Shown one piece after another: positions 48,239 to 57,953 of a stretch of 64,000 bases of DNA (the stretch's first letter is position 1; every line of letters starts with the position of its first letter). The notes beneath the pieces were generated by a model. The model was given only the letters and a program-made list of their open reading frames with translations, was not told the origin of the DNA and ran no database searches. The stretch comes from an uncultured Microthrixaceae bacterium (GTDB lineage Bacteria > Actinomycetota > Acidimicrobiia > Acidimicrobiales > DATDAH01): NCBI GenBank assembly GCA_964649545.1, contig CAZYPY010000004.1, positions 12,438 through 76,437 on the forward strand. Direction: 5' to 3'. Made by a program: the position numbers and the translations under genes.

Positions 48239-48613
48239 ATGAGCGTGCCCGTGGACCTCGCCGCCCTGCGCGACCGCCTCGACGACTTCGGCGCCCACCC
48301 GTACCTGGTCAGCACCAACGACGACGGGTCCCCGCACCTCACGTCGGTGACCGTTCGGTTCGAGGGCGACGCCCTGGTCGCGGGGACGGGACGGCGCACC
48401 CGCGAGAACCTGGCGGCGCGGCCCGATGTCGCACTGCTCTGGCCGCCGGCCGCCGATCCGGCCTACGCCCTGATCGTCGACGTCACCGCCGTCGTCGCCA
48501 AGGGGTCCGAGGACGCGTTGCTCGCCCCCCGCGCCGCGATCCTGCACCGGGTGGCGGGCGCTCCCGGCGACGGGCCGGCCTGCGTGCCGGTCGACGAGGC
48601 GCCGGGCTCCTGA
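48239..48613 (+). CDS. Pyridoxamine 5-phosphate oxidase-like / split-barrel flavin-binding family protein
   Basis: ATG 48239 with a GGGAGGA SD, within ORF 47933..48613. 124 aa. PYLVSTNDDGSPHLTSV pattern. Confidence 0.65.
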   Translation: MSVPVDLAALRDRLDDFGAHPYLVSTNDDGSPHLTSVTVRFEGDALVAGTGRRTRENLAARPDVALLWPPAADPAYALIVDVTAVVAKGSEDALLAPRAAILHRVAGAPGDGPACVPVDEAPGS

Positions 48614-48618
48614 GCCGC

Positions 48619-49830
48619 GTGCCGCACCGTCGGGTGCTGGTCGCCGCGGCGGCGCTCACGGCGCTGGCGGCCGGCGCGCTGGCCGCCTGCTCGACCCCGG
48701 ACGGCGCCCGTGAGCTCACTGCGAGCACGGACGGCCGCGTCGACTCCCGGAACGGCGACTGTGGCTGGACCGTGCCGTTCGGCGAGGAGCGCGTGCTGTG
48801 GGTGGTGTGCGATCCGACCGCCATCCCGGGCGGGCTGGCCAACTCGGTCGCGGTCACGACCCCCGACGACCGCGAACCTCCCTTCCAGCCGGCGAACTTC
48901 GTGCCGCTGGCCCCGTCGGACCTCGGCCGCTGCGCCGAGGAGGGCGGCGCCGCCTCGTGGATCAACGGGGTCACGACCGCGCCCGGCCGGGAGCCCGGCA
49001 GCATCCTGGTCACTGCGTTCTTCGTGCACGGCTGTCGCGTGCGACTTCTCGACCGTCGGGACCCCGGGGACATGGGCGTCGCCACCTTCACGTGGACGCC
49101 CGGTACCGAGGGTCCGTGGCGGGCTCAGGTGTTGCGGTGGGACCTCTTCCCCGGCGCCTGGCCCGACGGCGAGCGCACGGTCACCTTCGGCTCCGGCGCC
49201 GTCCACCACGACGGGTACCACTACGCGTACGCGTGCCACCCGGACGAGGACCCTGACTGGGTGGGTGAGCAGCGCTGCGCCGTGGCCCGGGCCGGTCGGC
49301 TGGCACCCCTCGGCGCCCGACTGGTCTGGTCGTTCTGGCGGGGGGAGGACGAAGGGTGGGTCGGCTGCGTCCCCGATCGCTCCGAACCCATCGGCTGCTC
49401 CGACGCATCGTTCCGTGCCGCGGTCGAGGCCGCCGCGCCGATGGTGATGCCCCTGCCCGAGGGTGAAGGCCCGGACGGGTTCACGCCCCAGCAGTTCTCG
49501 GTCGCCTGGAGCGAGCGCCTGGGCCGCTTCGTGTCAGCCGCGCCCCGCGCCTTCGCCGACCCCACCCTGCGCATCCGCACCGCCGCCGCCCCCGAAGGCC
49601 CGTGGTCCGAGCCGGGTGACGTGGCGATCGACTGCGACCCCGGTGCGGTCGAGGACGGCTTCAACTGCTACCACCTGGCCCCGCACCCCGGGCTGGGTGA
49701 CGCCGACTCGATGCCATTCGGCTTCCACGACGCCGGCGGCGACGGCCCCGACGACATCGAGCTGGTGTCGGTGCCGTGGTGCGAGCTCGAGGCGCTCGCC
49801 CCGGACGACGCCGGGTCGACCTGCCGGTGA
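48619..49830 (+). CDS. Hypothetical Cys-rich lipoprotein
   Basis: GTG 48619 within ORF 48184..49830. Signal peptide and lipobox ALAACSTP. High GC3. No confident family assignment. Confidence 0.65.
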   Translation: MPHRRVLVAAAALTALAAGALAACSTPDGARELTASTDGRVDSRNGDCGWTVPFGEERVLWVVCDPTAIPGGLANSVAVTTPDDREPPFQPANFVPLAPSDLGRCAEEGGAASWINGVTTAPGREPGSILVTAFFVHGCRVRLLDRRDPGDMGVATFTWTPGTEGPWRAQVLRWDLFPGAWPDGERTVTFGSGAVHHDGYHYAYACHPDEDPDWVGEQRCAVARAGRLAPLGARLVWSFWRGEDEGWVGCVPDRSEPIGCSDASFRAAVEAAAPMVMPLPEGEGPDGFTPQQFSVAWSERLGRFVSAAPRAFADPTLRIRTAAAPEGPWSEPGDVAIDCDPGAVEDGFNCYHLAPHPGLGDADSMPFGFHDAGGDGPDDIELVSVPWCELEALAPDDAGSTCR

Positions 49831-49836
49831 CCGCAG

Positions 49837-51396
49837 TCAGATGCTCCTTCCGGTGCCCTCCCAGTAGGGCGCCCGGAGTTGACGCTTGAGGAGCTTGCCC
49901 GCCATCGACCGGGGCAGCTCCTCCCGCCACTCGATGGTCTTCGGACGCTTGTAGCCGGCGAGCTTGTCCCGGCAGAGGGCGATGAGCTCCTCGGCGAGGG
50001 CGTCGTCGCCGGCCACCCCCTCGACCGGCTGGACGATGGCCTTCACCTGCTCGCCGTACTCGTCGTCGGGCACACCGATCACCGCCACGTCGGCGACCGA
50101 GGGGTGCTCGGCGAGCACCGTCTCGATCTCGGCCGGGTAGATGTTCACGCCGCCCGAGATGATCATGTCGATCTTGCGGTCCGACAGCCAGAGGTAGCCC
50201 TCGTCATCGAGGTAGCCGACGTCGCCGGTGGTGAACACCCCGGGCGCCAGGTGGGCGGCCTCGGTCTTGTCCGGGTCGTTGTGGTACTCGAAGTCGCTGC
50301 CCATGGCGTTGCGGAAGTAGAGCGTGCCCGACTCCCCCTGCGGCACCGGCTCGCCGTCGTCGCCGATGACCAGGATCTCCATGATGGGCAGCGGTGGGCC
50401 CACGCTCCCGCCCTTGCGCACCCAGTCCTCGGCCCGGATGGTGGTGATGAACGCACCCTCGGTCGAGCCGTAGTACTCGTGCACCTTGGGACCGAGCCAG
50501 TCGATCATGGCCTGCTTCCACGGGGCGGGGCAGGGCGCCGCGCCGTGCCAGACGGCGACGAGGCTCGACCCGTCGAGGCCGCCCCGCACCTCGTCGGGCA
50601 GGTCGAGCAGGCGCTTGAACTGCACCGGGACGAGGTGGACGTTGGTGATGGCCCACTCGTCGAAGAGGTGCACCGTCTCGGCCGGGTCGAACTTGTGGCG
50701 CATCACGACACCGGACCCCGCCACCATGGGCAGGAAGCTGAAGGCCCACTGGGCCGAGTGGTACACGGGGCCGGCGAGCAGGGTCCGCCCGGGGGTGGGC
50801 ACGAACTCGGCCAGGGCGCCCGCGACGAGCGGGAGCAGGTCGCTCGGCACGTCGGCACCGCCGGCGAGCATCCCCCGCACCCCCTTGGGTCGACCGGTCG
50901 TCCCGGAGGTGTAGAACATCGGGCCGCCGAAGCAGTCGATGCCCGGGTCGTCGGTGGACGCCGCCGCGAGCGCGGCCTCGTAGCTCGTCAGCCGACCGCG
51001 GTCCTCGTGGCCCGTCACGAGTGCGAGCCCCACGGACGCGGCGCGCTCGTCGGCCAGCGCCTCCGCGGCGACCTCGGCGAACCGGTCGTCGACCACGAGC
51101 GCGGTGCACGCGGCATCCTCGAGGACGTAGGCGAGCTCGTCGGCGGTCCAGTGCCAGTTGACCGGGACGTACGTCGTGCCGAGGTGCGCGGCCGCCCAGA
51201 ACGCCTCGAAGGCCTCGCGCCGGTTGCCCACCATCAGTGCCAGCGTGTCGCCGGGCGCGACGCCGGACGCCAGCAGCGCCTGCATCAGCCGCCGCACCCG
51301 CTCGTCCAGCTCGGCCCACGTCGAGGCGCCCCACTCGTCGGCGAGGGCGAGGTCGTCCCCCCGCTCGGCCACGAACGCATCCAGCAGCTTCGCCAT
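49837..51396 (-). CDS. Acyl-CoA synthetase / AMP-dependent ligase
   Basis: ATG 51396 (MAKLLDAF) within ORF 49837..51444. AMP-binding motif [31 protein letters not shown]. Confidence 0.9.
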   Translation of the reverse strand: MAKLLDAFVAERGDDLALADEWGASTWAELDERVRRLMQALLASGVAPGDTLALMVGNRREAFEAFWAAAHLGTTYVPVNWHWTADELAYVLEDAACTALVVDDRFAEVAAEALADERAASVGLALVTGHEDRGRLTSYEAALAAASTDDPGIDCFGGPMFYTSGTTGRPKGVRGMLAGGADVPSDLLPLVAGALAEFVPTPGRTLLAGPVYHSAQWAFSFLPMVAGSGVVMRHKFDPAETVHLFDEWAITNVHLVPVQFKRLLDLPDEVRGGLDGSSLVAVWHGAAPCPAPWKQAMIDWLGPKVHEYYGSTEGAFITTIRAEDWVRKGGSVGPPLPIMEILVIGDDGEPVPQGESGTLYFRNAMGSDFEYHNDPDKTEAAHLAPGVFTTGDVGYLDDEGYLWLSDRKIDMIISGGVNIYPAEIETVLAEHPSVADVAVIGVPDDEYGEQVKAIVQPVEGVAGDDALAEELIALCRDKLAGYKRPKTIEWREELPRSMAGKLLKRQLRAPYWEGTGRSI

Positions 51397-51466
51397 GTCC
51401 CCCCTCGGGTCCCGCGCCGCCGGGCGCAGCGCGCGTCGCTGCACCGTAGACGGCCGGGCGACCCCC

Positions 51467-52405
51467 TCAGGCCGGGGCCGGCTCCTCGAAGCGACCGAGG
51501 CCGTAGTCGCCGGCGATGGTCGTGCGGTGCATGCACCGGCCGTGCCGGGGGTCCGAGCCCGAGACCGAGTGCAGGACCCGCCAGTTGTCCCAGATCACCA
51601 TGTCCGTCGGCGACCACCGGTGGAAGTAGCAGAGGCCCTCGGCCTTGGCCACGATCTCGTCGCACACCTCCGTGAGCAGTGCGTCGGCCTCGTCGTCGTC
51701 GAGGCCGACGACGCCCTTGGCCATCCACGGCGACACGTGCAGCACCTTCTCGCCCGTGTCCCGGGTCCAGACCGCCGGGTGCAGGGCGAAGGGCCGGTCG
51801 GCGTACTCCGCCATGACGTCGCCGGCCTGGGCGGACGGGCGCACCTCGACGAACCCCTCGGGTCGCCCGTAGCGGAGGTTGGCGAGGACCACGTCCATCG
51901 CGTAGCGGACCGTCCGGCCCTCGACGCGCGCCCGGATCGACGGGTCGACGGCGTCGTAGAGCGCGATGCCGTCGACGAACCCGGTCATGCCCCCGTCGGG
52001 CGGGATGGTGACCGAGCGCAGGACCCCGGCCCGGTTGAGCTGGTCGTTGTAGCAGTGGTCGAAGTGCCACGGCAGCCACTGGCTCAGCTCGCGCCCGCCG
52101 AACGAGACAACGCCGCCCTCGCCGGGCTCGTGGCGGATCTCGATCACCCCCACCATCCCGTCACCGCCGACTCGCGGGGTGGCCGTGCTGGGGTGGTCCT
52201 TGAGGGGCCCGAAGACCGTGCTGATCGCCACCTGCACCTGCGGGGTGGGGTCGACGTCCTCGAAGACCAGCAGGCCCCGCTGCTCGAACGCGGCGACCAG
52301 GCGCTCGCGGATCGTCGGGTCCTCGAGCACCTCGAGGTCGACGCCGCCGACGCGCGACCCGAAGGGCAGGTCCGGGCGGATGGGTTCGATGGTGACGTCG
52401 CGCAC
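51467..52405 (-). CDS. TauD/TfdA family Fe(II)/2-oxoglutarate dioxygenase
   Basis: 312 aa. WHFDHCY (HxD iron ligands). C-terminal WDNWRVLHS ... MHRTTI. Confidence 0.85.
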   Translation of the reverse strand: MRDVTIEPIRPDLPFGSRVGGVDLEVLEDPTIRERLVAAFEQRGLLVFEDVDPTPQVQVAISTVFGPLKDHPSTATPRVGGDGMVGVIEIRHEPGEGGVVSFGGRELSQWLPWHFDHCYNDQLNRAGVLRSVTIPPDGGMTGFVDGIALYDAVDPSIRARVEGRTVRYAMDVVLANLRYGRPEGFVEVRPSAQAGDVMAEYADRPFALHPAVWTRDTGEKVLHVSPWMAKGVVGLDDDEADALLTEVCDEIVAKAEGLCYFHRWSPTDMVIWDNWRVLHSVSGSDPRHGRCMHRTTIAGDYGLGRFEEPAPA

Positions 52406-52421
52406 GGCGGTCTCCTCGTGA

Positions 52422-53288
52422 TCAGGGGGCGCCGACGGTGCGGTCGGCCCACTCGACGAGTTGGGGGACGAGGAGCGGCCAGCGCACGAACAGCGATCCC
52501 GTCTCCTCCACGGCGGCGCGGCGCTCGTTCCACTCGTCGTCGCCCCAGGGTGGCTCGACGAGCACGGCCCCTGGCAGACCCGTGGCCAGCGCCTCCGAGG
52601 TGGCGCGGGTGTGGCTCATGTCCGACGCGCCGCTGCGGAACACGAGGATCGGCACCGCCAGCCGGGCCACGTCGTCGTCGTCGAGGCCGGGCACGAGCGA
52701 GTCCTCGCACGGGCAGTAGGCGAGCATCCACCGGTCCATGATCGAGAGGAACTCCTCGCGGTCGATCGACAGGAACCGGTCGCGGTTCCGGGGGTTCTTC
52801 GCGAGGACCTCCTGCCACTGGTCGAGCTCGACGACGGCCTCCATCCCGCCGTGCCACGCCGCGTCGGCCGAGGGCATGCCGTAGTAGTTGGCGAGCTGGA
52901 GCAGGCCGGGCACCCCGCCGCTGATCCACCACACGGCCAGTCCGGCGGTCACGTCCGGGTTGCGCGCGGCCGCGAGCAGGGAGACCCTTGCGCCGCCGGA
53001 ACCGCCGGCGATCACGGTGGGCCCGAACCCGAGGTGGCGCAGCAGGGCGGCGAGCGCCTCGGCCTGCACCTCGGACTCCGACCGCCCGCGGAACACCACC
53101 GAGGAGGCCCCGCAGTTGGGTCGATCCCAGGTGACGACCCGGCGGCCGGTGTCGGCCAGGGCACGGGCCATCTCGGGGAGCCCACCGACCTCCTTGGTGA
53201 AACGGCCGCCGGGCGTGAGGATCCACGGCTGGCCGTCTCCCACGACCTCGTAGGCGATCTCGAACCCCTCGACCTCGACGACCGGCAC
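52422..53288 (-). CDS. Alpha/beta hydrolase
   Basis: ORF 52422..53345 trimmed to GTG 53288 (VPVVEVEGFEIAYEVVGDG), with a GGGGGG SD 5 nt upstream. Nucleophile elbow IAGGSGGA. Confidence 0.8.
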   Translation of the reverse strand: MPVVEVEGFEIAYEVVGDGQPWILTPGGRFTKEVGGLPEMARALADTGRRVVTWDRPNCGASSVVFRGRSESEVQAEALAALLRHLGFGPTVIAGGSGGARVSLLAAARNPDVTAGLAVWWISGGVPGLLQLANYYGMPSADAAWHGGMEAVVELDQWQEVLAKNPRNRDRFLSIDREEFLSIMDRWMLAYCPCEDSLVPGLDDDDVARLAVPILVFRSGASDMSHTRATSEALATGLPGAVLVEPPWGDDEWNERRAAVEETGSLFVRWPLLVPQLVEWADRTVGAP

Positions 53289-53369
53289 GGCACCCCCCTG
53301 GCGCGACCTCGCGTGCGCCCTTCGTACCACCCGAGGGCCGCCCACGCGGCACGCGGGCGGTCGCCGCCG

Positions 53370-54041
53370 TCACGTGAGCACGAGCACGGCCCGGATGAGG
53401 GCACCGAGCGGGATGCTGACGAGCAGGACCACCGTGAGGGCGAGGGCGCAACCGGTCATCACCAACGGGACCGGCCGGAGGGGCGCGGTCACGGCGAACG
53501 CGTCCGCGGCGTGGCCCCACATCGGCGACACCGTGCCCCGGTAGAACCGCCAGGCCTGGCGCAGCGCCCCACCCGGCCGGTCCTCCGACGAGCGGGAACG
53601 GACGTGCTCCACGGCACCCTTGGCCGTCTCCCGCGCCCTGGGGGTGAGCTCGGCCGCCGTCTGCAGCGCCCGGTCGAGCCACCACCGGTGCACGAGGAGC
53701 CAGAGGCCGGGGGCGGCCAGCACGAGCAGCGAGACGATCGAGGACCACAGCGGCGGACGGTCCGGCCAGACCGGGGCGGGCAGGAGCAGCCAGACCACGA
53801 GGGCCCCGCCGAGCGAGGCGTACCCGGCCGGGCCCAGCGCGCCGGCGAGACGACGGCCCACCTCGCTCGCCCGCACGACGAGGCTCTCGACGCGCTGGCT
53901 CGCCGCGCTCAGGCGACCGCCGGTGCCGGCGGGGTCGAGGTCCGCGGCACCGGGCGCGGGCACCGTTCCGGCATCGCCGGACGCCGGGTCGCCGGACGCC
54001 GGGTCGCCGGGATGGTCGTGCCGCGACGGACCGGGGGACAC
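53370..54041 (-). CDS. Hypothetical membrane protein with an N-terminal GDPAS repeat
   Basis: ORF 53370..54113 trimmed to GTG 54041 so it starts 5 nt after the upstream DUF1622 stop. Predicted TM helices (LGGALVVWLLLPAPVW, IVSLLVLAAPGLWLLV, LVMTGCALALTVVLLVSIPLGALI). Confidence 0.6.
   Translation of the reverse strand: MSPGPSRHDHPGDPASGDPASGDAGTVPAPGAADLDPAGTGGRLSAASQRVESLVVRASEVGRRLAGALGPAGYASLGGALVVWLLLPAPVWPDRPPLWSSIVSLLVLAAPGLWLLVHRWWLDRALQTAAELTPRARETAKGAVEHVRSRSSEDRPGGALRQAWRFYRGTVSPMWGHAADAFAVTAPLRPVPLVMTGCALALTVVLLVSIPLGALIRAVLVLT
53976..54010 (-). repeat. In-frame 15-nt direct repeat (gccggacgccgggtc x2 plus a partial unit) encoding GDPAS-GDPAS-GD
   Basis: Read directly from the sequence. 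Lies inside CDS 53370..54041. Confidence 0.85.
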
Positions 54042-54046
54042 CCTCG

Positions 54047-54439
54047 TCAGCTCGGCGACTCGGGGCCGGGCACCGATCCCGCCCCCCGGACCCCGAGACG
54101 CCAGCGGTTCCACGGCCAGGTGCCGGCCACCTCGACCTCCAGGGCGAAGCTCAGCACGATCCGGATGACCACGATCACGCCGAGCACGGCGACCGACTCC
54201 AGGGTGGGTTCGACGACGATCGTGCGCACGATGTCGCCGATGATCAGGACCTCGAGGCCGAGCAGGATGGCGCGTGCGAGACGTTCACGCAGTTGCGGGT
54301 AGGCGCCCGACCGGCGGTCGCGGTCCAGCACGGCGACGCCGTACGCGAGCAACGCGCCCAGACCGCCCAGCACCATGATCGCCGCGCCCAGGGCCTCGAC
54401 CCCCTTGACCACATCGGCGATGAACTCGTCGTAGCTCAC
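54047..54439 (-). CDS. DUF1622 domain membrane protein
   Basis: 130 aa. Hydrophobic helices with LGLEVLIIGDIVRT and a VIRIVLSFALEVE pattern (family from memory). Confidence 0.7.
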   Translation of the reverse strand: MSYDEFIADVVKGVEALGAAIMVLGGLGALLAYGVAVLDRDRRSGAYPQLRERLARAILLGLEVLIIGDIVRTIVVEPTLESVAVLGVIVVIRIVLSFALEVEVAGTWPWNRWRLGVRGAGSVPGPESPS

Positions 54440-54538
54440 GGCACGCTCCGGGGTCGTCGGCGGCTCGGGACCCCTGTCCCTACCCGCCGGGTGGGCTCGC
54501 GGTCACGCTAGTGCCGACCGGTGACGAGGTGCCGCGGC

Positions 54539-55810
54539 TCAGGCGGCGGCCGCGTGCACGGTCATCGAGGTGGCCGTCCCGTGCGTGAAGAAGATGCTCG
54601 CCACCCGGTCGACCATGGGCACGTCCAGCATCCGCTCGATGCCCTCGTAGTCGCTGATCGACGCCACCAGCTCGCACACGACCGACGGCAGGTAGGGCCG
54701 CAGGTCGCCGTCACCCATGTCCCGGCTGACCGCCCGCAGGCGAGCGGCGGCGCCCGCCCCGACGGTGACCCCCGACCCCGCGGCGACGGCGAGCAGGATC
54801 TGGTCGAACTGGTCGTCGTCGATCGCGGGGATGAGCACCTTCGAGCGGATCCGGCGGAAGAAGGCCTCGTCGGCGAGGTTGGCCGGCTCCATGTTCGTCG
54901 AGAACACGATCTTGGTCAGGCAGGGCAACTCGAACTTCAGGCCGCTCTCGAGGGTGAGGTAGTCGACCCCACGGTCGAGCGGGACGATCCAGCGGTTGAG
55001 CAGCTCCTCCGGCGTCATCGACTGCCGCCCGAAGTCGTCGATCACCAGGATCCCGTTGTTGGCCTGCATCTGGAGCGGCGCGGCGTAGTACCCGGCGCCG
55101 GCGTCGAAGCTCAGGTCGAGCTGCGTCGCCCGCAGCTCGCCGCCCACGATCACGCTGGGCCGGTGGCAGAGCACCCACCGCGGGTCGAGGCCCTTGGGCT
55201 GCGGGTCGACGCGCCGGTGCAGGACCGGGTCGTACACCGTGATGATCTGGCCGTCGACCTCGACCGCCCGGGGGATCACCACCGAATCCTCGTGGACCCG
55301 GATGAGGCGCTCGGCGATCGACGACTTGCCCGTGCCCGGCGGCCCGTACAGGAAGATCGCGCCCTTGGCCAGCACGGCGGGACCGAGCTCGTCGAGGAGG
55401 CCGTCGCTGATCACCAGGTCGGTGAAGGCCCGCCGGATCGTGTCGCGCCGGACCGTCGGCGAGCGGTGCTGGGCGCGCACGACCTCGACGTAGTCGCCGA
55501 GGCTCACCGGCATCGGACCGGCGTAGCGGCTCAGGCGCATGCGGTCCGTGGCCGTCGCCCGGCCCACGTCGCTCAGCACCATCTTGTGGTTGCGCCCCTC
55601 GAGCCCGGTCACCTCCAGCATCCCCTGGCGACGGAGGTGCTCGACCGCCGACTCCATGAGGTAGGGCGTGACCGCGACGGCGTTGGCGAGCTGCATGGTC
55701 GACGTGGCGCCGTCGAGCAGCGCCCGACGCAGCACGATGTCGAGGATCATGGACTCGGGGACGCCGAGCGACGACATGTGGCGCGGCGCCGAGAGGTCGA
55801 TGGTCTCCAT
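54539..55810 (-). CDS. AAA+ ATPase with an N-terminal winged-helix-like domain
   Basis: 423 aa. Walker A LYGPPGTGKSS, Walker B ILVIDDFGRQ, then ELLNRWIVPLDRGVDYLTL ... IVFSTNMEP..LADEAFFRRI. Confidence 0.8.
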   Translation of the reverse strand: METIDLSAPRHMSSLGVPESMILDIVLRRALLDGATSTMQLANAVAVTPYLMESAVEHLRRQGMLEVTGLEGRNHKMVLSDVGRATATDRMRLSRYAGPMPVSLGDYVEVVRAQHRSPTVRRDTIRRAFTDLVISDGLLDELGPAVLAKGAIFLYGPPGTGKSSIAERLIRVHEDSVVIPRAVEVDGQIITVYDPVLHRRVDPQPKGLDPRWVLCHRPSVIVGGELRATQLDLSFDAGAGYYAAPLQMQANNGILVIDDFGRQSMTPEELLNRWIVPLDRGVDYLTLESGLKFELPCLTKIVFSTNMEPANLADEAFFRRIRSKVLIPAIDDDQFDQILLAVAAGSGVTVGAGAAARLRAVSRDMGDGDLRPYLPSVVCELVASISDYEGIERMLDVPMVDRVASIFFTHGTATSMTVHAAAA

Positions 55811-56067
55811 GGTCCGTCAAGCCTCGGCACCGCACGGGCGCCGCTTCACCTCGACCGGGGCAATTGAGCCGTCCGACCCACCGCGAACCCCTCGCCCGGG
55901 GCGGTCCGTCGCGACCACGGCGACCAGCACGACCTCCTCGGCCCGCTGCGGTACGACAGCGAACGGATGGGCCCTGCGCGGCGCCGTGGCCTTGCCGAGG
56001 CCACCTGTGCCGCAAGTTGAACCACCCACACTCAAGTTTTCTCAGTGTATGCCGCTAGGCTGACGGG

Positions 56068-57150
56068 GTGGAACCGTTCACCGTGCCGACCCGCCACTGG
56101 CACGCCCTCGACGACGGGCGGGTCCAGTGCGACGTGTGCCCCCGGGCCTGCAAGCTGCTCGAGGGCCAACAGGGGGTCTGCTTCGTGCGTGGCCGGAAAG
56201 GCGACGGCGTCGTGCTCACCACCTACGGCCGGTCGAGCGGGTTCTGCGTCGACCCCGTGGAGAAGAAGCCCCTCAACCACTTCCTGCCGGGCACACCGAT
56301 CCTCAGCTTCGGCACCGCCGGCTGCAACCTGGCCTGCCGGTTCTGCCAGAACTGGGACATCTCCAAGTCGAAAGAGATCGACACCCTGGCCGACGAGGCC
56401 TCCCCGGACGCCATCGCCCGCACGGCGGTCGAGCTCGGGTGCCGCAGCGTCGCCTTCACCTACAACGACCCGACGATCTTCCTCGAGTACGCGGTCGACG
56501 TGGCCGACGCCTGTCACGAGGTGGGCGTGGCCGCCGTGGCGGTGACCGCCGGTTACATCAACCCGGATCCCCGGGCCGCGCTGTACGGCCGGCTCGACGC
56601 GGCCAACATCGACCTCAAGGGCTTCACCGAGGACTTCTACCGCCACCGCTGCGGTGCCGAGCTCGGCGCGGTGCTCGACAGCATCGAGTACCTCCATCAC
56701 GAGACCGACGCCTGGCTCGAGCTGACCACCCTGCTCATCCCGGGCCTCAACGACGGCGACGACGAGCTCGACCGCATGACCCGGTGGGTGGTGGAGCACC
56801 TCGGGCCCGACGTGCCGATGCACTTCAGCGCCTTCCACCCCGACTACCGGATGCTCGACCAGCCCCCCACCCCACCGGCGACCCTCTCCCGGGCCCGCCG
56901 CATCGCCATGGCCAACGGGGTGCGCTTCGCCTACACCGGCAACGTCCACGACGGCGACGGCCAGAGCACGCGCTGCCCCGGCTGCGGCGACGTCGTGGTC
57001 GAGCGCGACTGGTACCGGATCGGCCGCTATGGGCTCGACGACGGGGGCGCCTGCCGCACCTGCGGCACCCGGGTGCCCGGGGTGTTCGACGGCCCGGCGG
57101 GCGACTGGGGCACCCGACGGGTGCCCGTGGCCATGGGGCGGCGACGGTGA
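56068..57150 (+). CDS. amrS: AmmeMemoRadiSam system radical SAM enzyme
   Basis: 360 aa, GTG start. N-terminal VQCDVCPRAC..L.EGQQGVCFVR, radical SAM CNLACRFCQNW, C-terminal Cys pairs CPGCG...CRTCG. Confidence 0.9.
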   Translation: MEPFTVPTRHWHALDDGRVQCDVCPRACKLLEGQQGVCFVRGRKGDGVVLTTYGRSSGFCVDPVEKKPLNHFLPGTPILSFGTAGCNLACRFCQNWDISKSKEIDTLADEASPDAIARTAVELGCRSVAFTYNDPTIFLEYAVDVADACHEVGVAAVAVTAGYINPDPRAALYGRLDAANIDLKGFTEDFYRHRCGAELGAVLDSIEYLHHETDAWLELTTLLIPGLNDGDDELDRMTRWVVEHLGPDVPMHFSAFHPDYRMLDQPPTPPATLSRARRIAMANGVRFAYTGNVHDGDGQSTRCPGCGDVVVERDWYRIGRYGLDDGGACRTCGTRVPGVFDGPAGDWGTRRVPVAMGRRR

Positions 57151-57953
57151 ACGGCCCGGCTCGCCGCACACGACCGCCCGCGGTCGCCGGCACGTTCTAC
57201 CCGGCCGGCCCGGTGGCGCTGCGGGCGGCCGTCGACCGCGCCTTCGCCGACGCGGTCCCCGCCGATCCGGGGGCGCCGGTCCCCGAGGCGCTGGTCGTCC
57301 CCCACGCCGGCTACGTCTACTCCGGCCCGGTGGCCGCCACCGCCTACGCCCGCCTCCGGCCCGGCCGGGACCGCATCCGCAGGGTGGTGCTCCTCGGCCC
57401 GAGCCACCGGGTCCCGCTACGGGGCCTCGGGTTGAGCAGCGCCGACGCATGGTCCACCCCGCTCGGCGACGTCGAGCTCGACCACGACCACGACGACGTC
57501 CTGCTGGCGCTGCCGCAGGTGGCGGTGGCGGACGTCGCCCATGCCCCCGAGCACAGCCTCGAGGTGCAGGTGCCCTTCCTGCAGGCGGTGCTCGGCGAGT
57601 TCCGCCTGCTGCCGATCATCGTCGGTGACGCCGGGCCGCAGGAGGTCGCCCGCGCGCTCGAGCTCGTCTGGGGCGGCCCGGAGACGGTCGTGGTGGTCAG
57701 CACCGACCTCTCCCACTACCACCGCCATCGTGACGCCGTCCGCCTCGACGCCCGCACGGCGTCGGCCATCGTGGCCCGCGACGGCGCCGCCATCGGCGAT
57801 CGCGACGCGTGCGGCGCCCGGCCGCTGCGCGGCCTGCTCGAAGCGGCCGTCCAGCACGACCTCGACGTGGAGCCCCTCGACCTCCGCACCTCCGGCGACA
57901 CCGCCGGCGACCCGACCTCCGTGGTGGGCTATGGCGCCTTCGCCCTCGCCTGA
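57147..57953 (+). CDS. amrB: AmmeMemoRadiSam system protein B (Memo-like)
   Basis: GTG 57147 overlaps the amrS stop (GTGA). AGTFYP, VPHAGYVYSG, EHSLEVQVPFLQ, STDLSHY, ACG. Confidence 0.9.
   Translation: MNGPARRTRPPAVAGTFYPAGPVALRAAVDRAFADAVPADPGAPVPEALVVPHAGYVYSGPVAATAYARLRPGRDRIRRVVLLGPSHRVPLRGLGLSSADAWSTPLGDVELDHDHDDVLLALPQVAVADVAHAPEHSLEVQVPFLQAVLGEFRLLPIIVGDAGPQEVARALELVWGGPETVVVVSTDLSHYHRHRDAVRLDARTASAIVARDGAAIGDRDACGARPLRGLLEAAVQHDLDVEPLDLRTSGDTAGDPTSVVGYGAFALA

Noticed and set aside
55967-56020. 17-codon ORF (MGPARRRGLAEATCAAS) in the long spacer upstream of amrS, considered as a possible radical-SAM precursor peptide
   Set aside because: It has no convincing SD. Its third-codon positions are much less GC-biased than real genes here. 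It is Arg-rich like the out-of-frame noise, and no precursor peptide is known for this system. Kept only as a remote possibility under the spacer finding.
55864-56058. 64-aa plus-strand ORF, and 61-72-aa minus-strand ORFs, in the AAA+/amrS spacer
   Set aside because: Arg/Pro-rich with no motifs, mutually overlapping, and atypical codon bias. Most likely non-coding.
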